DNA of 64,000 bases from positions 1-64,000 of IMG/VR virus record IMGVR_UViG_3300032397_000008; one strand, 5' to 3'. Origin of the DNA: a virus. The notes beneath the pieces were generated by a model. That model did not search any database. It was not told the DNA's origin and saw only the letters and a program-made list of their open reading frames with translations. Made by a program: the position numbers and the translations under genes. Shown in pieces: positions 10,418 through 20,975 of this stretch (positions within the stretch are counted from its first letter, which is position 1; each line of letters begins with the position of its first letter).

Positions 10418-11868
10418 TCACCTTTACGTTCGTTTAGGCGGGTGTCGATATCGTCAATGTCGTTCATATTGACTCGGTGTCCGATCGGTCTGCGGTGAAT
10501 CCAGTCGTCGGCGTCCGGGTCGTACTTTAGGCGTTCGGTAAATTCTATGTTCATGCGTTCTGGGTCAACCGTGCCACCGATGTGGTGGAATGCCGATCCA
10601 TGACGGTTTAAAAACACGAACGCTCTGATCCTATGGTTTAGGTGCTCCTTGGGTGTAGCGCATAGTCCGATTGCAACGTCTACTATACCGGCCTTTTCGA
10701 ACGCACCTTGAAAACTTTTCATATCTGGCACGTTTTTGTCTACAGTCTCCTTGTTGCAGCGGTCCGGCATGATCACGGTGCATTTCAATTCGGAAGCGAG
10801 CGCACGCGCTTCCGTATAGATGTCGGACTGTTGACGATAGTCGGGGACGGTTTTGTTGAGTTGAGCGCTGGGTCGGATGCATTCGGCGTGGTCGATGAAG
10901 ATTGCTTTGGGCTGTTTTCCAGTGGTATTGATAATGTGCTTGGCATGTAAGCGAATGTCTTGGATGGTGGCCATTTTGGATGAGAATCCTTTAATGAACA
11001 CTTCCCCGTTCAGTCCGGCTAGGATTGCGCGATACGAATCCTGGGCAAACTGGATTGGATGTGTTTTCGCTTCATTGTCCGTGGTTCCTGACAAGCGGCA
11101 CAGCATGCGCCAGGCGGCCAGGTCTTCTCCAATTTCGCAGGCGTAGTAAAAAACGTGCTCTCCCACTTGAGGACCCGCCATATTTAGAGCTAGGTTGAGG
11201 CAGTAACAAGTTTTGAATCGTTTAGGGGGCGCTATAATGGTTACCAGCCAGCCGGGTCCCCACCCCGTTTTCCAGATCTCGTCAAAGATGGGGTATCCGG
11301 TTCGAATTCCATAGGTTTCTGCGGTAACCCGGTCGATGACTTCGTGATATTGCTGATTCAGGTGTATCCCGTCGTCTTTGATATCGTACCCAATCATCAA
11401 AGCTTCTTCGATCAGAGTAATGGGATTGATTTTGTGGCCGGTGTTGGTTTTGACTGCTTCAACGACTTTAGAGCAAGCATGGATAATCGCCCGTTCCTTA
11501 CAAAAGGATACTAACCGATCTTTGACTTCGTCTACGTTTCGAGTGTTAATTTCAGAAAGCTTGCGGATGTAGTCCAGAGCATCAGCTACCTGTTCTTCGT
11601 TTCCAAGCTTGGTGAATTCTTGGAACATCAGATCGCCCAGTACCGTAGGCGTAGGCGAGACGCCGTGCTTGGTTATACACTCGATGAGGCACTTGGCTGC
11701 CAGGGCGGCGTTCAACCCGGTGAAGTATTCGTTGCGTAGGATTTGGCCATAGAGCACGAACTTTTCTGGGTGCCTCATCCAGCATGCTAGGATAAGGTCT
11801 TGATAATCATTCGAAAAATTGAAGGTCTCCATAGTGGTTGATTTAGAATGTGTTAACGCTAAGGGCAT
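10414..11868 (-). CDS. dnaB: Replicative DnaB-like helicase
   Basis: Walker A APPKRFKT, ACE, IFIDHA; N-terminal region resembles T4 gp41. Confidence 0.85.
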   Translation of the reverse strand: MPLALTHSKSTTMETFNFSNDYQDLILACWMRHPEKFVLYGQILRNEYFTGLNAALAAKCLIECITKHGVSPTPTVLGDLMFQEFTKLGNEEQVADALDYIRKLSEINTRNVDEVKDRLVSFCKERAIIHACSKVVEAVKTNTGHKINPITLIEEALMIGYDIKDDGIHLNQQYHEVIDRVTAETYGIRTGYPIFDEIWKTGWGPGWLVTIIAPPKRFKTCYCLNLALNMAGPQVGEHVFYYACEIGEDLAAWRMLCRLSGTTDNEAKTHPIQFAQDSYRAILAGLNGEVFIKGFSSKMATIQDIRLHAKHIINTTGKQPKAIFIDHAECIRPSAQLNKTVPDYRQQSDIYTEARALASELKCTVIMPDRCNKETVDKNVPDMKSFQGAFEKAGIVDVAIGLCATPKEHLNHRIRAFVFLNRHGSAFHHIGGTVDPERMNIEFTERLKYDPDADDWIHRRPIGHRVNMNDIDDIDTRLNERKGD

Positions 11869-12868
11869 TTTTCTGACCGTGGGTAAACTTCAAGCACTCC
11901 AAGTGCTGAGCGCACAAACCGATCTTGTACCACAGTTCGACTGAGTCGGTAACTTCTTCGTCTACTGTCTCTAAGTCGGTGGTTTGGAATCCGAAACGGG
12001 ATAAGACGGTGGGTAGGACATTTTTTACTGCGGAAGTTCGTGCTTCGAACACGGAGATTGCATATGGCTTTCTACGCTTCATCTGTTGTAGACAACGGAT
12101 GACCGAATAGCGATGTCGCTGTTGTTCCGAGGTACCGAACGGGACCGGGATGAATTTGGACAGGATTTCCGAGTAGTAGGACTGTTCCGTCGCCAGCCAA
12201 AGAGGGTCGAGGGCAAGTTCACGCCTGGTGTATAGTATGCTGGTTGGGTATCCGTCGTGCAGCTTTTTGAATCCTACGATGAATTCTCCGGCTAGTGTTT
12301 CTGAGTGAATCATCCGCTGGTAGGACGATGAGTCTCCGATCTTAACGCCGGTAAGCAGCTCCAGCTCACGGTCGCAGTCGCTGTCGTGGAATGAAGCATA
12401 TTTTTGCCGGCATATCTTGGCGTAAAGCTCTACGGTCTTGATCTTTCCCTTTTTAGCGAGGCTGGCCGGAAAGAATTGAATCCGGTCAGTGAGGTCATTT
12501 TCTTTATGCGCCACCATCAGTGTCATGATGTAAGTCCGTAACGATACGCCGGCAGTGTTAGCGTGTTGGGTAATGGCCTGGGCGTATTGACCAACGTTTT
12601 GTTTGGAGGGCTCTTTGAATACAGCACTGTAGCAATCTTGATAGATTATCTCGATACGCTCATGCTCGTTACTGTAGTTTATGTCTACGTCAAACCCAAT
12701 CGGCATCAGATTTATGCGTAAACGATCCAGCGTGATTTTTCCAAGTCGAAAATCCATCAGCTTGCCACATTCAACCTTGTGCGTGCAGACACCACACATC
12801 TTGTTGGTGTTGAACTGATCCAGCCCAAAGCACTCTATCGGAGGCGGAGGGTATGCTGTTCGTTCCAT
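11843..12868 (-). CDS. Hypothetical protein with N-terminal Cys motif
   Basis: 341-aa ORF overlapping the helicase start; CFG...CGVC...C. Confidence 0.6.
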   Translation of the reverse strand: MERTAYPPPPIECFGLDQFNTNKMCGVCTHKVECGKLMDFRLGKITLDRLRINLMPIGFDVDINYSNEHERIEIIYQDCYSAVFKEPSKQNVGQYAQAITQHANTAGVSLRTYIMTLMVAHKENDLTDRIQFFPASLAKKGKIKTVELYAKICRQKYASFHDSDCDRELELLTGVKIGDSSSYQRMIHSETLAGEFIVGFKKLHDGYPTSILYTRRELALDPLWLATEQSYYSEILSKFIPVPFGTSEQQRHRYSVIRCLQQMKRRKPYAISVFEARTSAVKNVLPTVLSRFGFQTTDLETVDEEVTDSVELWYKIGLCAQHLECLKFTHGQKNALSVNTF

Positions 12869-12907
12869 TCGTTCAGAAAGAACAGAAATTTACTGTTCTC
12901 TTAACGT

Positions 12908-15900
12908 ATGGCAGAAGAGAAGAACGCGAGAGGTCCGAAGGTAGTCATGCGTGACTTGAGCGGGTCCGTCATGAAGCTGACTGCGGTTGGCGATAAGTGG
13001 TTTCGAGATACGTTGATGGTGCATCAGACCCCGATTCGAGAGGGGACCAAGCTGGTCTACACTTTTGATCCATCAGACCCGCTAGGGCGTCACCAGATTC
13101 ATCCATCTAGCAAGATGCCGGTTTGTGCTGTTAAGTGTGGGATGCACGATGCGGGTGGTAAGAATCCATTCATTTCTCCTATGGGGTCTAACGACCCTTT
13201 GATCACAATCGTTCTGGACGCTGTGTCCAAAGCTGAAGATACGGCAGGTGAAATCGGTGTTTTAATGAACAAGGGCACAGCGGGTTTGTTGGCCGAGTTC
13301 ATAGAGAAGAGCCATAAGTATCACGGGGTTAACTTGGATGATATCCGGTGGGTTACCACTACGCGCTGCTATCCTGCCAAAGGTAAGTACCCCAACATGA
13401 AGCAGAAGGGCAATTGGTGCCGTATGTTCGCAGTTCAGGACTTGGCGACCTATCGGCCTAAGCTTGTGATGCCGGTCGGTTCGAATGCCCTAGGACTGCT
13501 GTCTCACAAGTCTAATGCGTGGGATTGGGCAGGCAAGACCTTGACGTACCGCGGGTGGCCTGATGATTGGTTGACGGATCCTAATTTTGCGCTGCCTCGC
13601 CCGCACCCTTCCAAAGAGGATCAGTCTATTGTCGGTCATCCTTTGTTTGGTCCACCACCCGATTGGAGAATTCCAATGTATCCCATTCAGGCACCCAGGA
13701 TGGTTTATATGTCTCAGAACCCTGAAGAGATCAGGAAGTGGAAAGAGAGTATCATCAAAGGGCTGAAGTTGGCGAAGGATGGAATTAAGCCCAAGAACTA
13801 TGACCGACCGTGGTATCATCTTACAAACAATCCAAATGAGGTTGCTGAGGCACTGTTGTGGCTGTCGGAGCATCCCGGAACCACTGTATGCTATGATACT
13901 GAGACGACTGGACTTAGACCTTGGCTAGGACACAAGATCGTTTTCATGATGTTTCGTTGGGTAGATGATAAAGGAGCCCCTCATTCTATCGGGTTTCCAT
14001 GGGACTACGACACCAGTCCGTTAAAGTCTTGTATAGGGGAGCTGTCGCCTGTCGTTTTGGAAGCTCTCTATGCTTCCAACGTCGGAGGGCACAATATCAC
14101 GTTTGATGTCCTGTTTACTGCGGCAACAGTGCTTGGGGCAGACTTAAATCGTCTGGCAGACGCTGCCCAGTGGGACACTTGGCATATGGCATATACTGCC
14201 CGACAGCAACGTGGTACCTTGGGCTTGGAGGCGGTTGCCTATGATTTCGCCCCCGATCTGGCAGGGTATGAGGAGGAGATGACTTTGCTCATCGGCCTGC
14301 ACGGCGATTTGCTTGATCCAAAGAACGATAAGGGTGGGCACTATGCTAATTGTCCGGTGGAAAAGTGGGAGACACATTTCAAGCCGTACGTCATGGGTGA
14401 CGTAGAGGTATGTTATACGGCACGGGAGGCAATTCAAGAGAAGTTAAACAACTCCAAGGTCTACAAAATTCCTCTGGCGCATCCTGGTATGCGTGGACGA
14501 TTTCGTTGGTTTCTCCCACCTAGCCGGGCGTGGGTGTACGATAGTATCATGTCCCCCTCGGCCCAAGTACTGATGAAGATGATGGGTAGGGGTCTCTACG
14601 TGGATCAGGAGGAGTTGGCCCACCAGGAACATATTTTTCCGATCATGGTTAACGAGTCACGGGACAAGATGAAAGTGGTCACGCCCGAGGTAGAAAACTG
14701 GTGCCAGACAATGGCGGAAGAGGAGCCCGGATGGACTTTGGATCTGGAGAATAAGTCCACTCTTCGGACCATTCTGTTTGAGGTGTTAAATCTTCCCGTG
14801 CAACGCCTGACCAAGACGGGTAAGCAAAAATACGGTGACTCTGAAGAGGCGGTTCTGGCACTTTCTCGCGAGCAGCAGCTAGAGTATGCGGCACTGGACA
14901 AGTTTACACTTAACAAGCTATCCGTAGGGCACCCAGAGGTTCGTCCGCTTCAGGACTATCGCAAGGTTTTCAAACAGTATTCGACTTACGTCCGACCGGT
15001 TAGGAATATCATGACGGCTGGCATTGACAAGAAGAAGCGGGTTAAAGACCGTAACTTAGGGGACGATGGGTTTATTCATGGTAGTTTCTTACTAACTGGG
15101 ACACGAGGGGGCCGGCTCGCATCGCGGGATCCAAATCTTCAGCAGCTCCCGAACGATTCCATTGTAAAACGGATGTTCAGTTCTCGGTTTGGAAAGCGTG
15201 GGTGTCTATACACGGCGGACTTCAGTCAGATCGAACTTCGTCTTTTGGCGGCGGTGTCCGGGGACAGCAATATGATAGAGGCGTACGAAAAGGAAATGGA
15301 CCTTCATTCACTGACGACTGCGCGTATTTTTGGTTTGGATTATGAGCAGTTTTCTAAGGAGAACATGAAGAAGCTTCAGGACAAGGGAAAGGTTAAGGAA
15401 GCAAAGGAATTAGAGCTAAAGCGCAAGATTGGGAAATGTGTTGATCCTCTTACTTGGATTCAAGTAAACAGAAAACTGGTGCGAATAGGAAGTTTCTCTC
15501 CTAGTTCTCTTAGTCCTAATACATTTTACAAAGTGCCAGATTGCGTGTTAACTTCGCAGCATGGAGAATTAGTTTCATTGAAACACTTTTATTACAATGG
15601 TATTGGGGATCGTCTTTTGGTGTGTAGCCGATTTGGATTGATTGCTTGTTCAAAAACACACCAATTCTTGATGAAAGATGGTAGTTTGGTGCAAGCACAG
15701 TATCTTAAACCGAAAGATATCCTATGCGAGCCGGTACCATTTGTGCTTTCTGAAGGTCAGAGAGTGATTCTTCCGATAAATCCGTTTTTGAGTAAGATCA
15801 CCGCTTCCGGACCGTTTTTCGTTGAAATTAACGACGATCTGGCATACTTAGTGGGAGTTTTTCTGGGGGATGGCAACTCTAACAAGAATAGTATTACTAT

Positions 15901-17164
15901 AGCGGCCGGACACGGTCCTAAATTTGCTAGATGGCGACAATCTCTGTTAAATTCGTTTGAACGAGTTGGGATTAGTGCAACGTGTAATATAGGTAAACCC
16001 AGGAAGGACGGGTCGGCCTGTGACACAGTTTATGCTGGAAGTCGGCACGCTCAGTCGGTGTTTAAGACGTTAGGAGTGGTTGGAGAAGACACCAAAAAGA
16101 AATTTTGTATCCCTGACTATATGATGGATGCTCCTAGGAGTGTGCGTTTGTCGATGCTTGCTGGACTTATAGATACGGATGGGTCAATAGCACGAAGTGG
16201 AAGTATAGAAATTACTTCAAAGTCGTGGCAGCTAATTCAGGACATACTTGTATTGTTGTCGAGTTGTGGCCTTCACGCTTCACTTGAATCTTCCTACAAT
16301 AAAACATATGATCGGTATTACTTCAGAGTAAGAATCGCTAAGCGATCTGCTATCCATTTGAAAGAGTACTTGCGTTGTCACTGGAAAAAAGATTCCATTA
16401 CCCCTCCGGTTTTTGGATATGAAGTTTTGAAAGATAATGAGGTTAAACTAATTCTGGCTTTGGAAGAAGGACCGCTGGTAGACGTAGAAGTTGATTCTTC
16501 AGAACATTTGTACGTAGCTAATGGACTTGTTACTCATAATACGTGTAACTTTCTCACGGGATACGGTGGTGGGGCACTCGGCCTGCAAACCACCCTCGCC
16601 AACGCTCAAGTGTACTTACCGATTGAGGAGTGCGAAGATATCATCGACAAGTTCTTTTCATCTTACTCAACTTTGAAAGAGTACCTCGCTTACTACAAGC
16701 AGTTTATCATGGATGCTGGCGTAGCGGTTAGTATCTTTGGGCGTGTTCGTATTTTCAATGAAGTTTTCGGAGAGGATCGTGAAGCGATCGGTAAAGCTCT
16801 GCGTGCCGGGGCGAACCATTTGATCCAAGCGACGGCATCCGATATGATGCTGATTTGCTTGCATGTGATCGAGGCGCTGATGCGTTCGGAGCGATTAGAA
16901 TCCATTCTGGTATCCACGGTGCATGACTCACTTCTAATTGACGCTGTGATGACGGAGCTGCCAAAAATTCACGAGATCGTCGATCAAGTTTTGAACAACA
17001 TTCCGGACGTTCTCAAGCTTGTTTTCGGTGACGACTATGACACGTCCTGGTGTTTGATTCCGTTCGGTGGAGATAGCTCGGTTGGGTTGAACTACCTCGA
17101 CCAGATTGCAATTGGAAAATCTAAACCGGACTGGGATGAACTTTTGAATTTCAAGAAGGGCTAA
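12908..17164 (+). CDS. polA: Family A DNA polymerase with N-terminal uracil-DNA-glycosylase-like domain, 3'-5' exonuclease and an intein
   Basis: YDTETTG, GRLASRDPNLQQLP, ADFSQIELR, K-TCNF..GYG, TVHDS; UDG-like TRCYP...RPKLVMPVG. Confidence 0.95.
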   Translation: MAEEKNARGPKVVMRDLSGSVMKLTAVGDKWFRDTLMVHQTPIREGTKLVYTFDPSDPLGRHQIHPSSKMPVCAVKCGMHDAGGKNPFISPMGSNDPLITIVLDAVSKAEDTAGEIGVLMNKGTAGLLAEFIEKSHKYHGVNLDDIRWVTTTRCYPAKGKYPNMKQKGNWCRMFAVQDLATYRPKLVMPVGSNALGLLSHKSNAWDWAGKTLTYRGWPDDWLTDPNFALPRPHPSKEDQSIVGHPLFGPPPDWRIPMYPIQAPRMVYMSQNPEEIRKWKESIIKGLKLAKDGIKPKNYDRPWYHLTNNPNEVAEALLWLSEHPGTTVCYDTETTGLRPWLGHKIVFMMFRWVDDKGAPHSIGFPWDYDTSPLKSCIGELSPVVLEALYASNVGGHNITFDVLFTAATVLGADLNRLADAAQWDTWHMAYTARQQRGTLGLEAVAYDFAPDLAGYEEEMTLLIGLHGDLLDPKNDKGGHYANCPVEKWETHFKPYVMGDVEVCYTAREAIQEKLNNSKVYKIPLAHPGMRGRFRWFLPPSRAWVYDSIMSPSAQVLMKMMGRGLYVDQEELAHQEHIFPIMVNESRDKMKVVTPEVENWCQTMAEEEPGWTLDLENKSTLRTILFEVLNLPVQRLTKTGKQKYGDSEEAVLALSREQQLEYAALDKFTLNKLSVGHPEVRPLQDYRKVFKQYSTYVRPVRNIMTAGIDKKKRVKDRNLGDDGFIHGSFLLTGTRGGRLASRDPNLQQLPNDSIVKRMFSSRFGKRGCLYTADFSQIELRLLAAVSGDSNMIEAYEKEMDLHSLTTARIFGLDYEQFSKENMKKLQDKGKVKEAKELELKRKIGKCVDPLTWIQVNRKLVRIGSFSPSSLSPNTFYKVPDCVLTSQHGELVSLKHFYYNGIGDRLLVCSRFGLIACSKTHQFLMKDGSLVQAQYLKPKDILCEPVPFVLSEGQRVILPINPFLSKITASGPFFVEINDDLAYLVGVFLGDGNSNKNSITIAAGHGPKFARWRQSLLNSFERVGISATCNIGKPRKDGSACDTVYAGSRHAQSVFKTLGVVGEDTKKKFCIPDYMMDAPRSVRLSMLAGLIDTDGSIARSGSIEITSKSWQLIQDILVLLSSCGLHASLESSYNKTYDRYYFRVRIAKRSAIHLKEYLRCHWKKDSITPPVFGYEVLKDNEVKLILALEEGPLVDVEVDSSEHLYVANGLVTHNTCNFLTGYGGGALGLQTTLANAQVYLPIEECEDIIDKFFSSYSTLKEYLAYYKQFIMDAGVAVSIFGRVRIFNEVFGEDREAIGKALRAGANHLIQATASDMMLICLHVIEALMRSERLESILVSTVHDSLLIDAVMTELPKIHEIVDQVLNNIPDVLKLVFGDDYDTSWCLIPFGGDSSVGLNYLDQIAIGKSKPDWDELLNFKKG
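15437..16540 (+). mobile_element. Intein (368 aa) with LAGLIDADG endonuclease in PolA motif B
   Basis: Begins CVDPLT and ends VTHN|T; LVGVFLGDG and LAGLIDTDG; excision restores RKIGKTCNFLTGYG. Confidence 0.95.
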
Positions 17165-17186
17165 AGGATAGGGGTAGTTAAGGGGT

Positions 17187-18005
17187 ATGAACGCCTTGAC
17201 TGCCCTGACTGCCGTCGCCTGTCTAGCATTGTTTACATCCTGTGGAACGCCCGCTCAGCGTGCGACCAAAGCCATGGCGAAGGTCAACACGCTCCAAGCG
17301 GCGCAACTGACCAACAAGCTGGCGCAGGCCGAACTAGGAGCCGTCTATGTCCACGGTGCCGCCTGGGTGTTACAGCAGCCCTCAGGAGTCACATCTACAG
17401 TGCCCAGCGCCCTCTTGGCGAGGGCAGAGACCCTTTTGCCGCCCGTCACCACCCAGGACAGCCTCCTTGTCGTCCAGGCGACCACCAACGCTGATACGCT
17501 GGCATTCCTGGACCGTAGGGCATTCTCCCGCCAGGACACGCAGGAGCGGCTGAAGGTCAGTCTCGCCAAGGCAGAGGCGAAATCGGACAGCGTGTTCACC
17601 AGCGTCGCCGCCACAGCCGCCACATGGGTCAAGATTAAACGATGGGCCTGGTGGATCGGCGGAGGTTTCCTGGGGCTCTTCGGTCTGACCCTGATCATGC
17701 CCGCTCTGTCCATTGCCTTTCCAGCTTTTGCGCCGTTCGGTGCAATTATTGGCAACGTCGTGGGTGCCATTATCAAGATTCCGTTTAAGTTGATCCCGCA
17801 AGCCGTCAAGGGTGCTGGCATGGTTGCGGCGAATGTCCATGAGAAGACTGATGACACGGTCAAAGCCCTCGTCCTGGCGATTGAGCGGGCAAAGGCGGAC
17901 CCCAAGGCCGCTGCCGTTCTGAAACCTCACCTGCTTGACGCCACCAGCAAAGACTGGGAGCGCCCCGTGATCGACGCTGCTAAGACCGCTTTGAACCTTA
18001 AATAA
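17187..18005 (+). CDS. Predicted lipoprotein with transmembrane segments (possible lysis/spanin-like)
   Basis: Lipobox-like LFTSC, hydrophobic helices. Confidence 0.55.
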   Translation: MNALTALTAVACLALFTSCGTPAQRATKAMAKVNTLQAAQLTNKLAQAELGAVYVHGAAWVLQQPSGVTSTVPSALLARAETLLPPVTTQDSLLVVQATTNADTLAFLDRRAFSRQDTQERLKVSLAKAEAKSDSVFTSVAATAATWVKIKRWAWWIGGGFLGLFGLTLIMPALSIAFPAFAPFGAIIGNVVGAIIKIPFKLIPQAVKGAGMVAANVHEKTDDTVKALVLAIERAKADPKAAAVLKPHLLDATSKDWERPVIDAAKTALNLK

Positions 18006-18053
18006 CGATTGACAAGACTGTTTGGATAAGGCACACTACCGTAGTTAAGGCAT

Positions 18054-18293
18054 ATGAAAGCGAAACAACTGATTGACGAGTACATCAACCTCATCGAAGG
18101 CGGCGCTCTGCGCCTTCTCTTCAAAGGAGGCCCTAGTGCTCCTGTAAAAGAGCCTACCACGAGACCAGGAATAGCCCCGGCGAAACCCGCCGCGCCTGAG
18201 CCCCGCCCTGGCACCAAGCCCTGGAAAATTCCCACGATCAGGCCAGGCGAGGAGACCAAACCGAAAGCCAAAAAAGAAGATGACACGGACTGA
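18054..18293 (+). CDS. Small Pro-rich hypothetical protein
   Basis: GTAGTTA motif upstream; ends 2 nt before the next gene. Confidence 0.6.
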   Translation: MKAKQLIDEYINLIEGGALRLLFKGGPSAPVKEPTTRPGIAPAKPAAPEPRPGTKPWKIPTIRPGEETKPKAKKEDDTD

Positions 18294-18295
18294 TT

Positions 18296-19588
18296 ATGGC
18301 AAAATCCATTGCAATGCAGTTGCTAGAAATGCCGATGGATACGGGTGAGTATCCGAATTTGATGCCGCCCGATAAACAGACTCGGTTGCGTTCTGGACAG
18401 CACCCGTACGGTAAGCACCCAGGGATGCCTGACCGCCCGGAACCCCCGTCTGTGAACTACTCTGAGTTATTGGCAAGCAAGCAGTACAGGGACTCTTTCG
18501 GCAAGCTGGCACAATACTATCAGCGCGTCACCAATCGTCCACTTAGATTTCCAAATGATCTACCGCATGCGATTCAGATGGCGTTGCGGTCAGTTGGCAC
18601 GATCAAAGAGTTGGAACGTTCTCATCGTCCTCAACTTGCACAGACTGCGATCAATCTGGTGCTGGATATGCCAGCGTTTCGTCTTTTTCGAGCGCCATAT
18701 GAGAGCGGTGAGATCGCTATCGAAGCACGTATCGTTGATAAGGTTGATTTAAGTGGGGCTCAGATGGGTAAGATGTTACCACCCGAGGAGGAGGAGGAAG
18801 AACAGAGCGAGGACTCAGAGACTCAGAAGCGCCTCATGATCAATGCTTTCGTGCAAGGTGCTGCACTCGCAAACAACTACTCTTTTCATATGGTTCAAGA
18901 CCAGCTGAACCAGATTGATCCTACCTTGGTGAATTTGTATGGGTTCCTTATGGCGTTTAGTGAAATTGGTTATTTGATTGCCCCCGAGGGTGCTGACGAG
19001 CAGGCGGCCAGCATGGAAGGTGAGCAGCAAGCGGGCGTGGCCCGTGTGGTTTGGGATGAAGAGAACAATCGTCCAAAGATCATTGCCCAAGGCACTACGT
19101 TCCCGTTCCTGGTGCAGGAATTAAGCAAAGGGCTTATGGAACTTGTGTCACGCAAAGGGCTTCCATCTGATCAAGAGAAGATGAAGGGTGCGATCGAGAA
19201 GGCAGACTTGGTTACTAATGAGACCTGGGCAATGATCTTGGGTCGTCGGATATGGATGGATTTCGTAGAACAGGTAGGGGATGAAGATGAGCTGACGATG
19301 AACTTGTATGACAAGATCATCCAGATGGAACCTGACGAGTATCACGCCACTATTAAGACGCTTCTTGCCGGTGGATCCCAAGCTGGTGAATTGATGCAGC
19401 AGATGGTCCATGAGATTAAGGTAGACATGGAGCTAGAGGATTCTGACGAGTTCAAGCGGTCTGAGAGCGGAGGAGAGCCTGAAGGTCCTGAGTTCGGTGG
19501 TCCGTCTGAGTTCGAACCTCCTGATCCGGAAGCCTGGAGAGGTGGCGAGTCTGTTAAGAAAACGGTCGATGATCTGCTTAATGGCTAG
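18296..19588 (+). CDS. Hypothetical phage protein (acidic, possibly virion-associated)
   Basis: 430-aa ORF. Confidence 0.7.
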   Translation: MAKSIAMQLLEMPMDTGEYPNLMPPDKQTRLRSGQHPYGKHPGMPDRPEPPSVNYSELLASKQYRDSFGKLAQYYQRVTNRPLRFPNDLPHAIQMALRSVGTIKELERSHRPQLAQTAINLVLDMPAFRLFRAPYESGEIAIEARIVDKVDLSGAQMGKMLPPEEEEEEQSEDSETQKRLMINAFVQGAALANNYSFHMVQDQLNQIDPTLVNLYGFLMAFSEIGYLIAPEGADEQAASMEGEQQAGVARVVWDEENNRPKIIAQGTTFPFLVQELSKGLMELVSRKGLPSDQEKMKGAIEKADLVTNETWAMILGRRIWMDFVEQVGDEDELTMNLYDKIIQMEPDEYHATIKTLLAGGSQAGELMQQMVHEIKVDMELEDSDEFKRSESGGEPEGPEFGGPSEFEPPDPEAWRGGESVKKTVDDLLNG

Positions 19589-20076
19589 ACCTTTACGCCA
19601 ATTTCTTTTAGACAGTTGTCACACCGGTAGAAGACGATCTTGATGGGTTCATCAGGCGTTCCTGCTTCCTGTTCTCTTACCGGATGTCCCATCACTTCAG
19701 CTCCGCAGTGATAGCATTTTTTTCCGCTGATCTGCGGTCGGGGCACCCTGGGCGTTGGTTTGACTACTGGTGCCGGAACTGGAACGAACTGTGGGATGGC
19801 AGGGGCTGGGGGTGCCGGAACTGGAACGAACTGCGGGACGGTAGGGGATGCTGGTTCTTCGTGGGGAACGAATTGTTGAGGACCCAGAACAGCGATCGGT
19901 TCGGCTTTATTTACCGATTGTGTGCTAGATGTAGACGTTGTGATGACCGGTTTGGGTTTTGACCAGAAATTCCAGGCAATTATCCACCCAGTTGCCAGCG
20001 TTACTGTGAACATAAGCGATTGAATGACAAAGAGTAACGTCAATATAGTGAGTAGCAGCAGAAGGTTGTCGTTCAT
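19585..20076 (-). CDS. Membrane-anchored Pro-rich protein with C-terminal zinc ribbon
   Basis: N-terminal TM segment, repeated QFVPVPAP, CYHC...CDNC. Confidence 0.65.
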   Translation of the reverse strand: MNDNLLLLLTILTLLFVIQSLMFTVTLATGWIIAWNFWSKPKPVITTSTSSTQSVNKAEPIAVLGPQQFVPHEEPASPTVPQFVPVPAPPAPAIPQFVPVPAPVVKPTPRVPRPQISGKKCYHCGAEVMGHPVREQEAGTPDEPIKIVFYRCDNCLKEIGVKV

Positions 20077-20348
20077 ATGGGCGATTTTGTTCTTGCGTTT
20101 GGCATTTGTTTCAGTTACCGTTCTACAAGTAAGAACAGAATATGAACCGGAAAGACACAACGAACTACAGCCACGGTGACAAAGTCCGCAAGCCAACCAC
20201 TTGGTCTTGCGAGGCAGGCCCCTTCACAGTCGCAATCACTTGTGGGCACATTCACTATCGTCTGAGGTTAACAAAGCTCAGCACAAGGATATTGGGCGAG
20301 TCCGGGAACAGTTAGCGGAGTGGACGGCAGCAATTGAGAATGCAGGCC

Positions 20349-20975
20349 ATGAATTTCAAAGTTAAGTTGTATTCGTTTGTAAAGCGTTGCTTCATGTTTT
20401 TCGTACTCCTATGCGCCTCCAGGAGTAAGCGGAGGCAACTGAAGAAGACACGTTCGATTGTCAAGCGTTACGTTAAGGATCACCCCGATGTAATGGATGG
20501 GGTGATGAAAGCATACTACGCTTATCACGCTCCTCATTTTCGGTTAGTGTTCAGTGGACATAATTTTTTGGGGTGTTTTCGCACGTCAAAATGTGCATGG
20601 TGCGGACGAAGCCGTGAAATGGTGCGTCATGATAATTTGCCGGCTCAGTGCCTGCACAGACCAATCAGTGCCGATCGACCAATCGTGGATGTAGTCTTGG
20701 AGGAAGAACAAAAAAGTTATGTTCTTTTGGAACGTGCTGGGAAGGATGTTCCAAAACTGATTGCTAAAATGGGTATGAGCGGTGAAACACTGGCCGTGCT
20801 GCACCACACGCATGGGTATGATCCCGATATGGTGGCATTGGCTTTGGACATGCTACACTCAGAATCGACGGTTAATATTCACTCGTTAATGCCTGAGTAT
20901 GAACTAGCAATGAACCGAGAACGGGCACGATCAAAGGCGGTTCATCGAGAAACTGTAGTCATTGCACAAATATGA
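20349..20975 (+). CDS. Hypothetical protein with C-terminal alanyl-tRNA-synthetase-like helical segment
   Basis: EEEQK..LLERA...SGETLAVLHHTHGYDPDMV...YELAMNRERARSKA resembles the AlaRS SGE.AF.LYDTYGFP.DL region. Confidence 0.55.
   Translation: MNFKVKLYSFVKRCFMFFVLLCASRSKRRQLKKTRSIVKRYVKDHPDVMDGVMKAYYAYHAPHFRLVFSGHNFLGCFRTSKCAWCGRSREMVRHDNLPAQCLHRPISADRPIVDVVLEEEQKSYVLLERAGKDVPKLIAKMGMSGETLAVLHHTHGYDPDMVALALDMLHSESTVNIHSLMPEYELAMNRERARSKAVHRETVVIAQI

Noticed and set aside
19771-19833. 21-nt direct repeat
   Set aside because: Explained by the duplicated QFVPVPAP peptide in a Pro-rich linker
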